From the IMG/VR virus record IMGVR_UViG_3300020045_004425, positions 1-26,249 of that record: 26,249 nt of DNA; one strand, written 5' to 3'. Numbering within the stretch: position 1 is the stretch's first letter; each line of letters opens with the position of its first letter. This DNA comes from a virus (lineage: Duplodnaviria > Caudoviricetes). The notes under the pieces were generated by a model, which was not told the DNA's origin, searched no databases, and worked only from the letters and a program-made list of their open reading frames with translations. This document shows, in pieces, positions 7,779 to 17,322 of the stretch. Both the position numbers and the translations under genes were made by a program.

Positions 7779-8702
7779 CTACAATTTACCTCGGTTAAAT
7801 TTTGCTTTTTCAACGTTGCTCATTTCTTCATATTTCTTTGAAGCTGTTGCATTTGGCTTAATTCCTTTTTCAAGTTCCGCGCTCATTTCTAAAGCTACTT
7901 TTTTTGAGGCTTCCAATTCTGCTGACATTTCAACTTCTTTAGTTTCATATTCAGCTAGTTTAGCTTTTAAGTCGTTGATTTCTGCGTCTTTTTCATCAAT
8001 GATTTTTTGCAATTCCTCAACACTTTTTTCTGGTGTTGCTGGCGGTGTTGCTGGATCTGCTGGCGGGTCGGTTGCCATTGCTAACTTAGCGGCTTCCTCA
8101 TCTTCTAGTTTCTTTTTCTCTTCCTCGGTTTCCATCAAAACAACTTTGATGCGAGCGTCTAATTCTTCTTGTGTCATTTCTATTTCTTTGTTTGTTAATA
8201 CTGGTTCTAAATAAGCTTCAAATGATAAACCTGTTAATTTTCCGCTTTTCACGTCTTGCCATATTTTAGGATCTTCAATTTTTTGACCCATCATTATATC
8301 GCCCTTTTCAACTTTGATTCCTAAAGCGTTAGACTTGTCTTTTTCTGGGTCTAAAACTTTCCAAGCTTCAAAAATATAAATTCCGTTTCTAGTATTTTTA
8401 TCGTGGTTTACCGTTGCTCCATTGTGAGAATTATTTTTAAAGAAATTCTCTAGCAAATTATCACAAGTTTCTTCGGTATAAAAAACCATTGCGGGCTCTC
8501 CTTCAATATTTTTTCTAGGTATCCATGTGTTTGGACGCATAGCCATAGAATAAATAACTTGTCTTTCATCATCTTGAAACTCTAATAATGATGATTCGTC
8601 ATCAAACATAACTAAGTGACTTTTAACGGCTGGGTTTTCTACTAAAGACATTCTAAATATCCCGGCATCTCCTTTTGTATATTTTAATTCGTATCTTTTC
8701 AT
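7779..8702 (-). CDS. XkdF-like prohead serine protease fused to a coiled-coil scaffold
   Basis: SLVENPAV, MAMRPNTWIPR, TVNH and WQDVKSGKLTGLSFEA motifs; Pro-rich linker and E/K coiled coil. Start probably ATG 8702 (MKRYELK) rather than 8717. Confidence 0.85.
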   Translation of the reverse strand: MKRYELKYTKGDAGIFRMSLVENPAVKSHLVMFDDESSLLEFQDDERQVIYSMAMRPNTWIPRKNIEGEPAMVFYTEETCDNLLENFFKNNSHNGATVNHDKNTRNGIYIFEAWKVLDPEKDKSNALGIKVEKGDIMMGQKIEDPKIWQDVKSGKLTGLSFEAYLEPVLTNKEIEMTQEELDARIKVVLMETEEEKKKLEDEEAAKLAMATDPPADPATPPATPEKSVEELQKIIDEKDAEINDLKAKLAEYETKEVEMSAELEASKKVALEMSAELEKGIKPNATASKKYEEMSNVEKAKFNRGKL

Positions 8703-8717
8703 AATTGTATTAAACAC

Positions 8718-8752
8718 AAAAATCCTGTTCGTGGCTATTCGAACAGGATTTT
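8718..8752 (-). terminator. Perfect 13-bp hairpin/terminator in the protease leader
   Basis: AAAATCCTGTTCG-N8-CGAACAGGATTTT, ending TTTTTG on the minus strand. Confidence 0.7.
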
Positions 8753-8799
8753 ATGATATTAAATTGAGTGCGATACATCTTCATATCGTTTATTTAAAG

Positions 8800-8807
8800 C
8801 AAATATA
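8800..8807 (-). promoter_or_regulatory. Bacteroidota -7 promoter element TATATTTG
   Basis: Perfect TAnnTTTG in the tape measure/protease intergenic region; -33 element weak (TAG). Confidence 0.5.
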
Positions 8808-8848
8808 AATAATAAATCAATACTATCTACATTTATTTGTAAAAAGTT

Positions 8849-10717
8849 TTAAATAGTATTCTTACTTACTAAAACTTTAACACTGTTTTGAGCGTCTGAA
8901 ATATCACTTTCTGCAACGTAAACTTTAATAGGTGGTAATTGTGCTTGTGTATTAGATACCGATTGCCCTATTTGGTTTTCGGCTGTATTATTAAATGCAA
9001 CTGTTGGGGCTATTTGACCGCCTCCACTTATTCCTGAAATATTAGGAGACGAGCCCGCCGAACCGCCCCCCAACTCTTTTAATCCTCTCGCGGTTGCTGC
9101 AATAATCGAAGCCGCGCCCAAAGCACCGCTAGCAATATCGATAGGTACTTTTGGAAGCCCCGCCCCAAATGGTACAGCCATATCTGCACTAACTGCTTTT
9201 TGAGTGTTAATTACAACTTCGGCTAAACCAACTGCGTTACTTGTGATTAAAGCGGCTTTTTGTGCTTTTTTAGACTTACCAAATATTTCACCAAATAAGT
9301 TTATAGCTTGATTTGCTAGTGATAACTTTGCATTTTGTATCGCTTCTTCCTGTTGGAAAACTGCATCATTGCGTCTTTTTGTTTCTTCGGCTGCGTTGTT
9401 TGCTACATCACTTTCGTTTTTTGCTCTTTCGGCTTGAGCTTCTAATCCTGCTTCAAATTCTTTTTGCTTACGGTCTTTTTCTTTTTGCTCTTTTTCAATT
9501 TTTAAATTAGAAAATTCCTCTTCAATTGCATTAGCTTTTTCTAAAAAAGTTTTCCTTTCTTCAATTTCTTTTTGCCTTTCTTTTTCTGCATCGTCCTTGG
9601 CTTTTTGTTTTCTTTCTTTTTCTTCATCTGCTGCCTTTTCTGCATTTTCTTTAGCAATCTTTCGACTTTCATCTCCGCGACTATATTCAATAGCTGCTAA
9701 TTCTCTATTCAATTCCGATGCCAATGCTTTTTGATTTGCCCCGTCTTCTTTAATTGCCTCGCTATATTTGTCTTTGGCCGCTATCTTTTGTTTTGTAAAT
9801 TCATCTAATTGACTTCCGTGTTCTGCTAAAAATTTCTTATTCATTAACAATGAAGCGTCCGCACTTTCTTTCATTCTGTCAATAGTTCTTTCAGCTTCGC
9901 TGGTAACTCCTATAAAATCAGTGATACCATCAACTATTGAACCGATAACCTCGCCAACAACTGCCAGCCCCGGAACAACTTTTAAAACAACGTCTTTTAT
10001 TTTGCTAAAATTCGTAATTACCAAAGCTAAACCGACTACCAAAAGACCTATTCCTGTTCCTGCAATTGCTAATTTTAACCCTTTGAAACCTGCTGAACTT
10101 GTATTAACCGAACCTGTAAATAAGTTCTGAATCATTGCGGCCGTGCCAGTTGCTGCTGCGTTCGCTTTAGTTGCTACACTAGACGCTGAAATAGTGGCTT
10201 TAAGTAATTGCCATTGGTCGCCAAGATTAGACATTTGACTAATTGCGTCACTAAACGCCATTGCGGCCTGTACTTTTAATAATTGCTTTTGAGTATCTGC
10301 ACTTTCACCACCAAACAAAGCCATTCCAGCCGTAACGCCTTGTAACCCTGTTCCAGCTACCTGTGTTGCAGCTCCCAAAGCTTTCATCTTCTGATCAGGA
10401 TTGAAATTATCCGCTAAATCTTTAGCGAATCCCATTTGGTCCTTTAATCCTGCAACTGCTTTGGCTGCCTTAATCGTTTCTTCGCTTGTCTCTCCATATA
10501 ATTGAATAGACTTTTGAAGCTCTTGGTTCGCTTCTCTTAATTGTGTTTTAAACGTTTTATATTGTTCATTTCCTGCACTAACAGCCGCGTTGTTTTCATT
10601 CGTTGCATCGGTTGTGTGTTCTATTGACGCGCCCAAAGCGTTGGTTTCGCCTAGTACTTTTTTAGCGTTGGTATCAAACGTTAATTTATATTTTTGTTCT
10701 TCGTTATTTTCTGCCAT
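8849..10717 (-). CDS. Tail tape measure protein
   Basis: 622 aa; Ala/Gly-rich helical, hydrophobic IAGTGIGLLVVGLALV segment, K/E coiled coil, C-terminal IKVYVAESDISDAQ. Confidence 0.85.
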   Translation of the reverse strand: MAENNEEQKYKLTFDTNAKKVLGETNALGASIEHTTDATNENNAAVSAGNEQYKTFKTQLREANQELQKSIQLYGETSEETIKAAKAVAGLKDQMGFAKDLADNFNPDQKMKALGAATQVAGTGLQGVTAGMALFGGESADTQKQLLKVQAAMAFSDAISQMSNLGDQWQLLKATISASSVATKANAAATGTAAMIQNLFTGSVNTSSAGFKGLKLAIAGTGIGLLVVGLALVITNFSKIKDVVLKVVPGLAVVGEVIGSIVDGITDFIGVTSEAERTIDRMKESADASLLMNKKFLAEHGSQLDEFTKQKIAAKDKYSEAIKEDGANQKALASELNRELAAIEYSRGDESRKIAKENAEKAADEEKERKQKAKDDAEKERQKEIEERKTFLEKANAIEEEFSNLKIEKEQKEKDRKQKEFEAGLEAQAERAKNESDVANNAAEETKRRNDAVFQQEEAIQNAKLSLANQAINLFGEIFGKSKKAQKAALITSNAVGLAEVVINTQKAVSADMAVPFGAGLPKVPIDIASGALGAASIIAATARGLKELGGGSAGSSPNISGISGGGQIAPTVAFNNTAENQIGQSVSNTQAQLPPIKVYVAESDISDAQNSVKVLVSKNTI

Positions 10718-10720
10718 TGC

Positions 10721-12934
10721 TTAAAAATTTAGTACGTTTAATTTTGTTTTTCCTGTTGTTAAATCAATTCCACTGTCTACAAGATTATATCTTTGCTCAC
10801 CTATAATGATTTCGTTTTGCGCTCGAAATCCTGTAGGTATGTTGCTTTCTCCTTGATTCAAATTTGCGAAGTTTAAAAATATTTCATTTGGTGGTAAAGT
10901 TAATGTAAAAGAGCTTTGATATGTATTTGGATTTAAAAGCAATTCTATAAAGCTTTTATAGTAATTCAAATATAAAGAGTATGTATTCTCATTTTCTGCC
11001 CCAAATGCTAATGTTTTGCCGTTAGTATAATTTACAAAATTAGCTTCTAAAACTCCAAACAATTCCGCGTTAACAGTCGCGCTCGCTTCAATTGATAACG
11101 TACTTAATTGCAAATTTTTAGCCTTCAAATAAAATAATGTAAACTCTTCATAAACTGGCTTATATCGATTTGCTCCATTATCTTGAATTGTTGGCGTATC
11201 TTTTGCGAATCCTAAACAAGTTGCTGTATATTGATTATCAAAAGTTGATGATTGTTTTAAAATTGAGTAATCCGTTTTTACTTCAAACTTAGTTGGTTTG
11301 GTTGGTGGTAAAGTAGGATAGTCTAATGCGCCAAACTTCGTACCGTCACCGTAGACAGCTTCGTAATACTTTGACGCAAAATGACTAAACGAATATTGAT
11401 TGTATTGATTAGCTTTTTTCTTTGTATGTGTTGCGATATCTACAAAGTTGGTATAATCTACAATTCTTTTTGAGTATGGTTTGTTTGATTCTTGAATATC
11501 GCTAGGGGTTACCCAATACATCGATTGATCGTTTAATCCAGTTGATAAAATTGAAATATTAAACGTTTTGAAAAATGAGCGTAGAAAATCAATACACTTC
11601 ATTTTTGGAAGACACGTGATTAAATTAATCTTGTTGCCTCCTAAATCAGTACTCGCCGTATTGTTTAAACTTGAATAAGAAAACGTCGCTCTCTCAACTG
11701 ATTTAACAGTGTAATATTTATATTCATAACGGTATTTTTGAATTATTTTAGCCTCAATATTTGTCCAGTCAACTAATGTTTCTGGAAGGATTTCATATCT
11801 AAAATATAACTCACCATTAATATCTAATTGAGTATCTTTAATCCTAACCGTGTACAAATCTACACCTTCAATTACTTGGCTATCTAAAATATTTCCATCG
11901 GTTGTTCTTTTTAAAACTACTTTTATTTTTGTTGAATTACTGTCTTTAGAAACTAATCCGTTAAATTTCAAATTTATATCGAATCCATCGCTCCAATTTT
12001 GCGGGCGAGATGTTGCTAATCTTTTCGCTTTAAATATTCCTGTTAATTGGTCAAGTGTAATTTCCCATTTTGGAGATTCCGGAATCCCATGACCGCCGGG
12101 GTCGTTATTTACGTCGTATCTTAAATAATTTAAAGCCTCATAGTTTATTAACGGATACGTAACGGCATCAGGAACTACCAAGCTTTCGGAATTACACCAA
12201 ACCATTAAATCCGTAATCTCCGGCTTTTCTAATATTGGACAAATCACGTTTAAATTGTACTTCAATATTAAACTTTGCATTATCGACAAATAATTAATTG
12301 CCGGGCGTATTTCACTTAGTTTAATAAAATTCTCGGTTAAATCCGAACGCGTGGAATTGAATTTAATATTATCAACTAATGCTAAATTGTCATCATAATT
12401 CCAAACCCTAATATTTGAAATAAAAGGGATTCCGGTTTTAATATTGATTCCGTTGGCAAGTGTTCCGTTAAATGCCGAAGTCATTAAACGTTTCATTGCG
12501 TGAACATCCCAAACGGTTTTTATTGCGGGGTCATTCAAATCGAATAAATCTTGAATCGTGGAATCTCCTAATAATTCAACTAAACCCGAAACAGTACTTG
12601 CAAAAGTTGTGGAAAATTCTTTTTGGTCCTGCAGCTCATACGCGCTTTCTTCAAAAGTTAATTTTCCTGATTGAAATAAAAACCCAGAAATATAAATCAA
12701 AGAATCAAACTCGCCGTTATTATTTACTCTTAATATTTTTTCATTACCGACAAAACCGCAAAGCATTTTGTTTTTATCGGTTGCTTTTATTTTAAATGAC
12801 TGCGTGAAAGGCGAAAATATTTTCGTAATATCGTTTAAATCTTTAACCGTTAATTTGAAATTAATCGCCTCGTTTGGTTCTAAATCTAAAAGATAATAAT
12901 TATCGTCAGTGTGTTTGATATAAATTTGAACCAT
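10721..12934 (-). CDS. Tail tip/baseplate hub-like structural protein
   Basis: 737 aa; N-terminal LDL..NEAI.F....KDLNDI.K.FSPFTQSF.I.A...N and C-terminal IDLTTGKTKL, typical of Bacteroidota siphovirus tail proteins. Confidence 0.7.
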   Translation of the reverse strand: MVQIYIKHTDDNYYLLDLEPNEAINFKLTVKDLNDITKIFSPFTQSFKIKATDKNKMLCGFVGNEKILRVNNNGEFDSLIYISGFLFQSGKLTFEESAYELQDQKEFSTTFASTVSGLVELLGDSTIQDLFDLNDPAIKTVWDVHAMKRLMTSAFNGTLANGINIKTGIPFISNIRVWNYDDNLALVDNIKFNSTRSDLTENFIKLSEIRPAINYLSIMQSLILKYNLNVICPILEKPEITDLMVWCNSESLVVPDAVTYPLINYEALNYLRYDVNNDPGGHGIPESPKWEITLDQLTGIFKAKRLATSRPQNWSDGFDINLKFNGLVSKDSNSTKIKVVLKRTTDGNILDSQVIEGVDLYTVRIKDTQLDINGELYFRYEILPETLVDWTNIEAKIIQKYRYEYKYYTVKSVERATFSYSSLNNTASTDLGGNKINLITCLPKMKCIDFLRSFFKTFNISILSTGLNDQSMYWVTPSDIQESNKPYSKRIVDYTNFVDIATHTKKKANQYNQYSFSHFASKYYEAVYGDGTKFGALDYPTLPPTKPTKFEVKTDYSILKQSSTFDNQYTATCLGFAKDTPTIQDNGANRYKPVYEEFTLFYLKAKNLQLSTLSIEASATVNAELFGVLEANFVNYTNGKTLAFGAENENTYSLYLNYYKSFIELLLNPNTYQSSFTLTLPPNEIFLNFANLNQGESNIPTGFRAQNEIIIGEQRYNLVDSGIDLTTGKTKLNVLNF

Positions 12935-14088
12935 TATAAAATATCATTTATAAAATTGTTTGTGCTTTCAAATTCCAATGAATAAGAAATAGAGCTTTTA
13001 TCATTCAATCTGGTTTTCTTCAAAAAGTTAGTTGTATTGTTTTTTACTGGAATTTGTGTAAATTTAGAATAAAATCCAACATTTGCTAAAGTAACTGTGT
13101 CGCTATCAACTGAAATTGACGTGTTGTCAACTGAAACCAATGTGCTATCAACTGTGATTCCAATTTGAGGCACTAAATAAGTATCGTTTTCAAATATCAC
13201 TAGATAAACTTTTGAACTTTGCAACAACTCCCTAACCTGATAGTTGTTGTTTTCGTCAATTAATCCGGTGTTTATTGTAAATTTTCTATTCCCTTTCGGT
13301 GCTCCGTTCTGTTTTAAGTGTTGAATTTGACTATTTACGTTTAATGGATCACGAAATGTACTGCTAAAATCGTCACGTTTAGTATCGATTGACTCGGTAA
13401 ACTTCCCAAATGGTGTAAAAGTATCCCATAATCCCAAGCGGTTTACGTATGCTAGCAAACATTTTACCCCTGTTTGTGTATTTCTTGGGGTTGGATTCAA
13501 TGATTGTTGCGTAATCATTCCGTTCAATCCTGTTCCGCTTTGTGACGTGGAAATAGAAGTAGTTCGATTAATAGTACATCGGTCATAATTTATCCCGTTA
13601 GCATATTTTCTATATGTTTCAACATCTTCATAACTCATATAATAACCGCCTTTTTGCTCGAAGTCATAACGATAACCCGACGTTGCAAAATAAGTACCTA
13701 GTTGTTTATCGCTTTCGGCATCAACTTTATAAACGATATGAAAGTAAACCCCTTCGCCTGCAGTTGTGGGTACACTCGTAGAATTATAAGCCCATTGTGG
13801 GTTATTCTTATTTAGATTGCTGGATGTTATAAAAGCTTTAATTTCATTGTGTAATTCAATTGCAATATACTTGTCTCCGGGTGAAATCTTTTTGATATTA
13901 TTGAATACAATATTTGGACTTACCGGCAAATCTGCCTGTTGGAAACCTCGCCAAATGTAAACCTCAACTGTAACCGATTGAATTGAATTACTACCGGCTT
14001 CATTTTGTAAATCAAAATGTATAGGTGATTGCGCAAAAAATATTTGAGCCTTTGAATTTATGTTTGATAAAATTGGACTTGTAAGCAT
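12934..14088 (-). CDS. Tail structural protein (distal-tail-like)
   Basis: 384 aa; YVNRLGLWDTF, FTINTGLI and ELLQSSKVYL motifs; coupled to the hub gene. Confidence 0.65.
   Translation of the reverse strand: MLTSPILSNINSKAQIFFAQSPIHFDLQNEAGSNSIQSVTVEVYIWRGFQQADLPVSPNIVFNNIKKISPGDKYIAIELHNEIKAFITSSNLNKNNPQWAYNSTSVPTTAGEGVYFHIVYKVDAESDKQLGTYFATSGYRYDFEQKGGYYMSYEDVETYRKYANGINYDRCTINRTTSISTSQSGTGLNGMITQQSLNPTPRNTQTGVKCLLAYVNRLGLWDTFTPFGKFTESIDTKRDDFSSTFRDPLNVNSQIQHLKQNGAPKGNRKFTINTGLIDENNNYQVRELLQSSKVYLVIFENDTYLVPQIGITVDSTLVSVDNTSISVDSDTVTLANVGFYSKFTQIPVKNNTTNFLKKTRLNDKSSISYSLEFESTNNFINDIL
13090..13158 (-). repeat. Three 21-bp (7-aa) tandem repeats within the tail gene
   Basis: TCAACTG at 13106, 13127 and 13148; encodes ITVDSTL/VSVDNTS/ISVDSDT. 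Confidence 0.8.
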
Positions 14089-14091
14089 ATT

Positions 14092-14427
14092 TTATTTTTT
14101 TAATTGAATTGGACTTGATAATAAATCAAACATATCTTTTACTAATAATTTCACGCCCTCTGGAACATTCTCTTTTATTGATATTGCAAGCGCGTTTTTT
14201 TCACCTTCATTTTTCCCTTTAGGATAATTTTTCTTTCCATACCAGTTTTGAGTTAATGTCAAAATATTATAAGGCTTTGTTCTATAATTTTGAGAATCCC
14301 TTAAATCGCCTGTTCTTACTCTCGAATTTCTTGCGGCTAATACCGATGTTTTACGCCCAATTTCATCAAGATGTTTTTTCATTAGTTCTTCTATCGCTCT
14401 CTCCGTTGGTGTCTTTCGCTTTGGCAT
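14092..14427 (-). CDS. HK97 gp10-like tail-completion/neck protein
   Basis: Basic 111 aa with SRVRTGDLRDSQ (xTGxLRxS) motif. Confidence 0.55.
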   Translation of the reverse strand: MPKRKTPTERAIEELMKKHLDEIGRKTSVLAARNSRVRTGDLRDSQNYRTKPYNILTLTQNWYGKKNYPKGKNEGEKNALAISIKENVPEGVKLLVKDMFDLLSSPIQLKK

Positions 14428-14785
14428 TTTGAATAGATTTAATTAACGCTTTTATTTTTGAAGTGGACACATTCCCACTTGTGATTGATTTTCTACTTAT
14501 TTTTCGTCCTGTTCTTGTTTCGCCTTCAATCTTTGTTTCGTGTCCGTCTTCATCTACAAAAATAACCTGCCACGGAATATCACTAGGCATTATCGATTTA
14601 GCGTTTTGAACTAATTGCGCATTATCATTGTAAGCGCCATAAAACACTTCACGAAATGTAACAATGTTATTTGACCAATTTCCACGAATCGAACGCCTTA
14701 AAAATCCAGTGTCAATATTTGCTCCGCTTCGAGTTTTTCTAACAACTTCTTGAATAAACTTATTTATTTCTAATTTAGATCGCAT
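14366..14785 (-). CDS. HK97 gp10-like tail-completion/neck protein (second copy)
   Basis: ANIDTGFLRRSI and FYGAY motifs; likely start ATG 14785 (MRSKLEI). Confidence 0.55.
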   Translation of the reverse strand: MRSKLEINKFIQEVVRKTRSGANIDTGFLRRSIRGNWSNNIVTFREVFYGAYNDNAQLVQNAKSIMPSDIPWQVIFVDEDGHETKIEGETRTGRKISRKSITSGNVSTSKIKALIKSIQNAKAKDTNGESDRRTNEKTS

Positions 14786-15224
14786 TTTGATGCATACTAA
14801 ATGTAACGTCAAATTTTACCCCATCCAAACAATTTCTTTCGTCTTTTTGCACATATTCAAAAATAGAATATTCCTCTGTATTAATATCTAAATCATTGTG
14901 ACTTTTGGTGATTTCTAAAATAAATTCATTACCGATTGAATCGCAAATATTAAGATTGTCAATATAATTTGTATCAAGCATTAATTTACTTGGTGTGGAT
15001 ATTGGCAATTTATCGCGTTGGTTTAGTATTTCAAATTCAATATTAATCGTTACTAAATCCGATGCTTTTATGCTGTTCAAAATACGCATCGACACCAATG
15101 GATAAATGTTTTCTTTTTCGACGTCTACTACATTATCATCCTTAAATACAATTGTATGCACTAATGTATTTGAATCGAATATCGATACAACATGATTTAA
15201 CAATTTAGATACTTGGTTTGCCAT
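14775..15224 (-). CDS. Putative tail terminator protein
   Basis: Acidic 149 aa; VDVEKENIYPLV and LDGVKFDVTF motifs; position in the tail cluster. Confidence 0.5.
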   Translation of the reverse strand: MANQVSKLLNHVVSIFDSNTLVHTIVFKDDNVVDVEKENIYPLVSMRILNSIKASDLVTINIEFEILNQRDKLPISTPSKLMLDTNYIDNLNICDSIGNEFILEITKSHNDLDINTEEYSIFEYVQKDERNCLDGVKFDVTFSMHQNAI

Positions 15225-15755
15225 TTATTTTATATTTTCTATTATTTTCTGACCGCTATAATAATTCGCCCAAAACAAAAATCTTTCAACGCTCCACTTT
15301 TCAACTTCGATATGACTTACATTTTGATGCTGGCATATCACATCAGTCAATACTACATAATTTCCAAACTCTATAACAAATTCTTTTCTTAAATCATTTC
15401 CTATCGTTTCTTTTGCTGGCTCTCCATATTGCGGTGGATTGAAAATATATTGATAATTTTCGAATAGTTCCGCTTTTTTGTTTCCGTAATCCTCAACTAT
15501 TGAATATAAGTTATGAACGTAAATTGTTTGCCAAAAATTCTTTAACACAAATATACGGCAAAAATCAATATAATTCATATCCTCAAGAAATCTTTCTAAA
15601 TCAACAAATGTTTCCAATGTCATTGACTCGATTAACTTTGTTTTCCATTTCTTTGACGATTGCAACTGTAAAAGATTTTCTATGCGTTCGTTATCTTTCA
15701 CATCGTCACCCGATGCAATTAGTTTTTGAAAATGTTTTAAAGTGATTCCTTTCAT
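15225..15755 (-). CDS. Putative tail assembly chaperone-like protein
   Basis: ITLKHFQ, MTLETFVDLE and FGNY.......EVEKWSVERFLFW pattern; directly after TerL. Confidence 0.45.
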   Translation of the reverse strand: MKGITLKHFQKLIASGDDVKDNERIENLLQLQSSKKWKTKLIESMTLETFVDLERFLEDMNYIDFCRIFVLKNFWQTIYVHNLYSIVEDYGNKKAELFENYQYIFNPPQYGEPAKETIGNDLRKEFVIEFGNYVVLTDVICQHQNVSHIEVEKWSVERFLFWANYYSGQKIIENIK

Positions 15756-17141
15756 TTATCCTTTTTGAAATTTCTTATATTTGTCAATCCAAATAGCAGT
15801 TAAAATATATCTTAACGTATCCGTTGCGTGTCCATATTCTTGATAACTTTGACCGGTTATTTTATCTTTAATGACTTTTTTATTAACTTTTCCTTCTTCA
15901 TCTTCAGTGCAGTACTGATAATCATTAATTGAATTTCTGCATTTAGAATCAATACCTAACGAAATTCCTTCAATATCTCCGCATAATATTGCACTTGTAA
16001 AATTACGCGACATTATAACGCTCGGATTTGCTTTTGGGACCCTAAATATTGGTTTCAAAGTTAATAAATATTGTTTGATTAAAAGATAAAAATTCATTCC
16101 TTTTTGAATTTTAGTATCTGACTTTTTAGATGTTGCATCGCCGTAAACAAATAAACCATTCCGATTAGTTCCGTAACGCGTCATAAACTCATTGCATGTA
16201 TCTTTCAAAGTGTTAAGCGGGTCTTTTAACATTATTTCATCGATTTGCCTTAAATGACCTGATTGTAATTGAAACACGTTGCAGGTTAAGTATGGGAGTA
16301 CATTTTCATCAAACACAATATGTATCGGTTCTAATGGGTTGTATGGAAATAATCCAACGTGTTTTTCTGTTTTGAATTGTTTTAAGAACTCGCCTCCGGT
16401 TCGAAGCTTACCCCAATGGCCTAGTGCGTAAATGTTATAATAATTTATATCATTTACTTTATCACGTTCAAAATCTGCTATAACGTGTTTATCGGTAAAT
16501 TGTGGACCAACTATCCAAATATTATCTAAATAACACGTGCGTAAAATTACCGTGTCGCCAGTAGCGTTAATTTGCTTTTGCTGTATTTGACAATCAACAT
16601 CGGTTAATATTTCATTATCGAAAATATCTGTTTTAATAAAAGACATTTCGCTTACCGGGTTAAATATACCGATAATTTGCTGTCCAACTAAACCCCGTAA
16701 ACGTTTCTTAATTTGTTTAAAGTCTGTTATATCAAATTGAGAAAACTCTTCTAAGCATATCTTTTTAATCCCGGAAAGTCCTTTGATTTTTTCACTGTCA
16801 TCTAATCCCTTAAACCGTGTATAGCTATCGGTTATTTTACATTTAACAAAATGCTTTTGAATTATAAAATGTTCAGTTAATCCCCAATCTGAAATAATTT
16901 TTTTGAAGTCCTCAAAGATTGAACTTTCAATATCTGTAGAAAATTTACGGAATACCAAAGAATTATTTCCTTGTCCTTCCAGCATATAAACTATTGTCCT
17001 TTGAACGTATGAAAATGTTTTTGAAGCGGAAGAGCCGCCGTAAATGTAAATAAAACGAACTAATTCATCATTAAAAGCCTCGTCTATTTCATAATAGATT
17101 TTATTAAATATTCCATCTTCAAACTCTATACTTTCGATCAT
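15756..17141 (-). CDS. terL: Terminase large subunit (PBSX/Terminase_3 type)
   Basis: Walker A YGGSSASKT, FKGLDDSEKIKG, Walker B CLEE, FNP, YALGHWG and nuclease GHATDTLRY. Likely start ATG 17141 (MIESIEF). Confidence 0.95.
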   Translation of the reverse strand: MIESIEFEDGIFNKIYYEIDEAFNDELVRFIYIYGGSSASKTFSYVQRTIVYMLEGQGNNSLVFRKFSTDIESSIFEDFKKIISDWGLTEHFIIQKHFVKCKITDSYTRFKGLDDSEKIKGLSGIKKICLEEFSQFDITDFKQIKKRLRGLVGQQIIGIFNPVSEMSFIKTDIFDNEILTDVDCQIQQKQINATGDTVILRTCYLDNIWIVGPQFTDKHVIADFERDKVNDINYYNIYALGHWGKLRTGGEFLKQFKTEKHVGLFPYNPLEPIHIVFDENVLPYLTCNVFQLQSGHLRQIDEIMLKDPLNTLKDTCNEFMTRYGTNRNGLFVYGDATSKKSDTKIQKGMNFYLLIKQYLLTLKPIFRVPKANPSVIMSRNFTSAILCGDIEGISLGIDSKCRNSINDYQYCTEDEEGKVNKKVIKDKITGQSYQEYGHATDTLRYILTAIWIDKYKKFQKG

Positions 17142-17322
17142 AATCGTTTGATAAGTTTTGAAACAATTCAATGACTTTTATCATTGGTAATTTTGAAATA
17201 TCAATAGTATTTATTTCAATTTTCCAATTTAACCAACTCACAAAAAAAATAAAAACACATTTTACCGTGTCTTTATTTGTATTTATTATAAATAACAACA
17301 ATGAATGTTTAAATATTTTCAT
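17119..17322 (-). CDS. Hypothetical hydrophobic protein (67 aa) between TerS and TerL
   Basis: Overlaps the TerS stop and the TerL start and fills the gap. Confidence 0.45.
   Translation of the reverse strand: MKIFKHSLLLFIINTNKDTVKCVFIFFVSWLNWKIEINTIDISKLPMIKVIELFQNLSNDYDRKYRV

Noticed and set aside
8030-8075. PPADPATPPATP repeat in the protease/scaffold gene
   Set aside because: Ordinary low-complexity linker.
15225-15755. Programmed G/GT-type frameshift in the chaperone-like gene
   Set aside because: Single continuous ORF abutting the next gene, with no overlapping extension frame evident.
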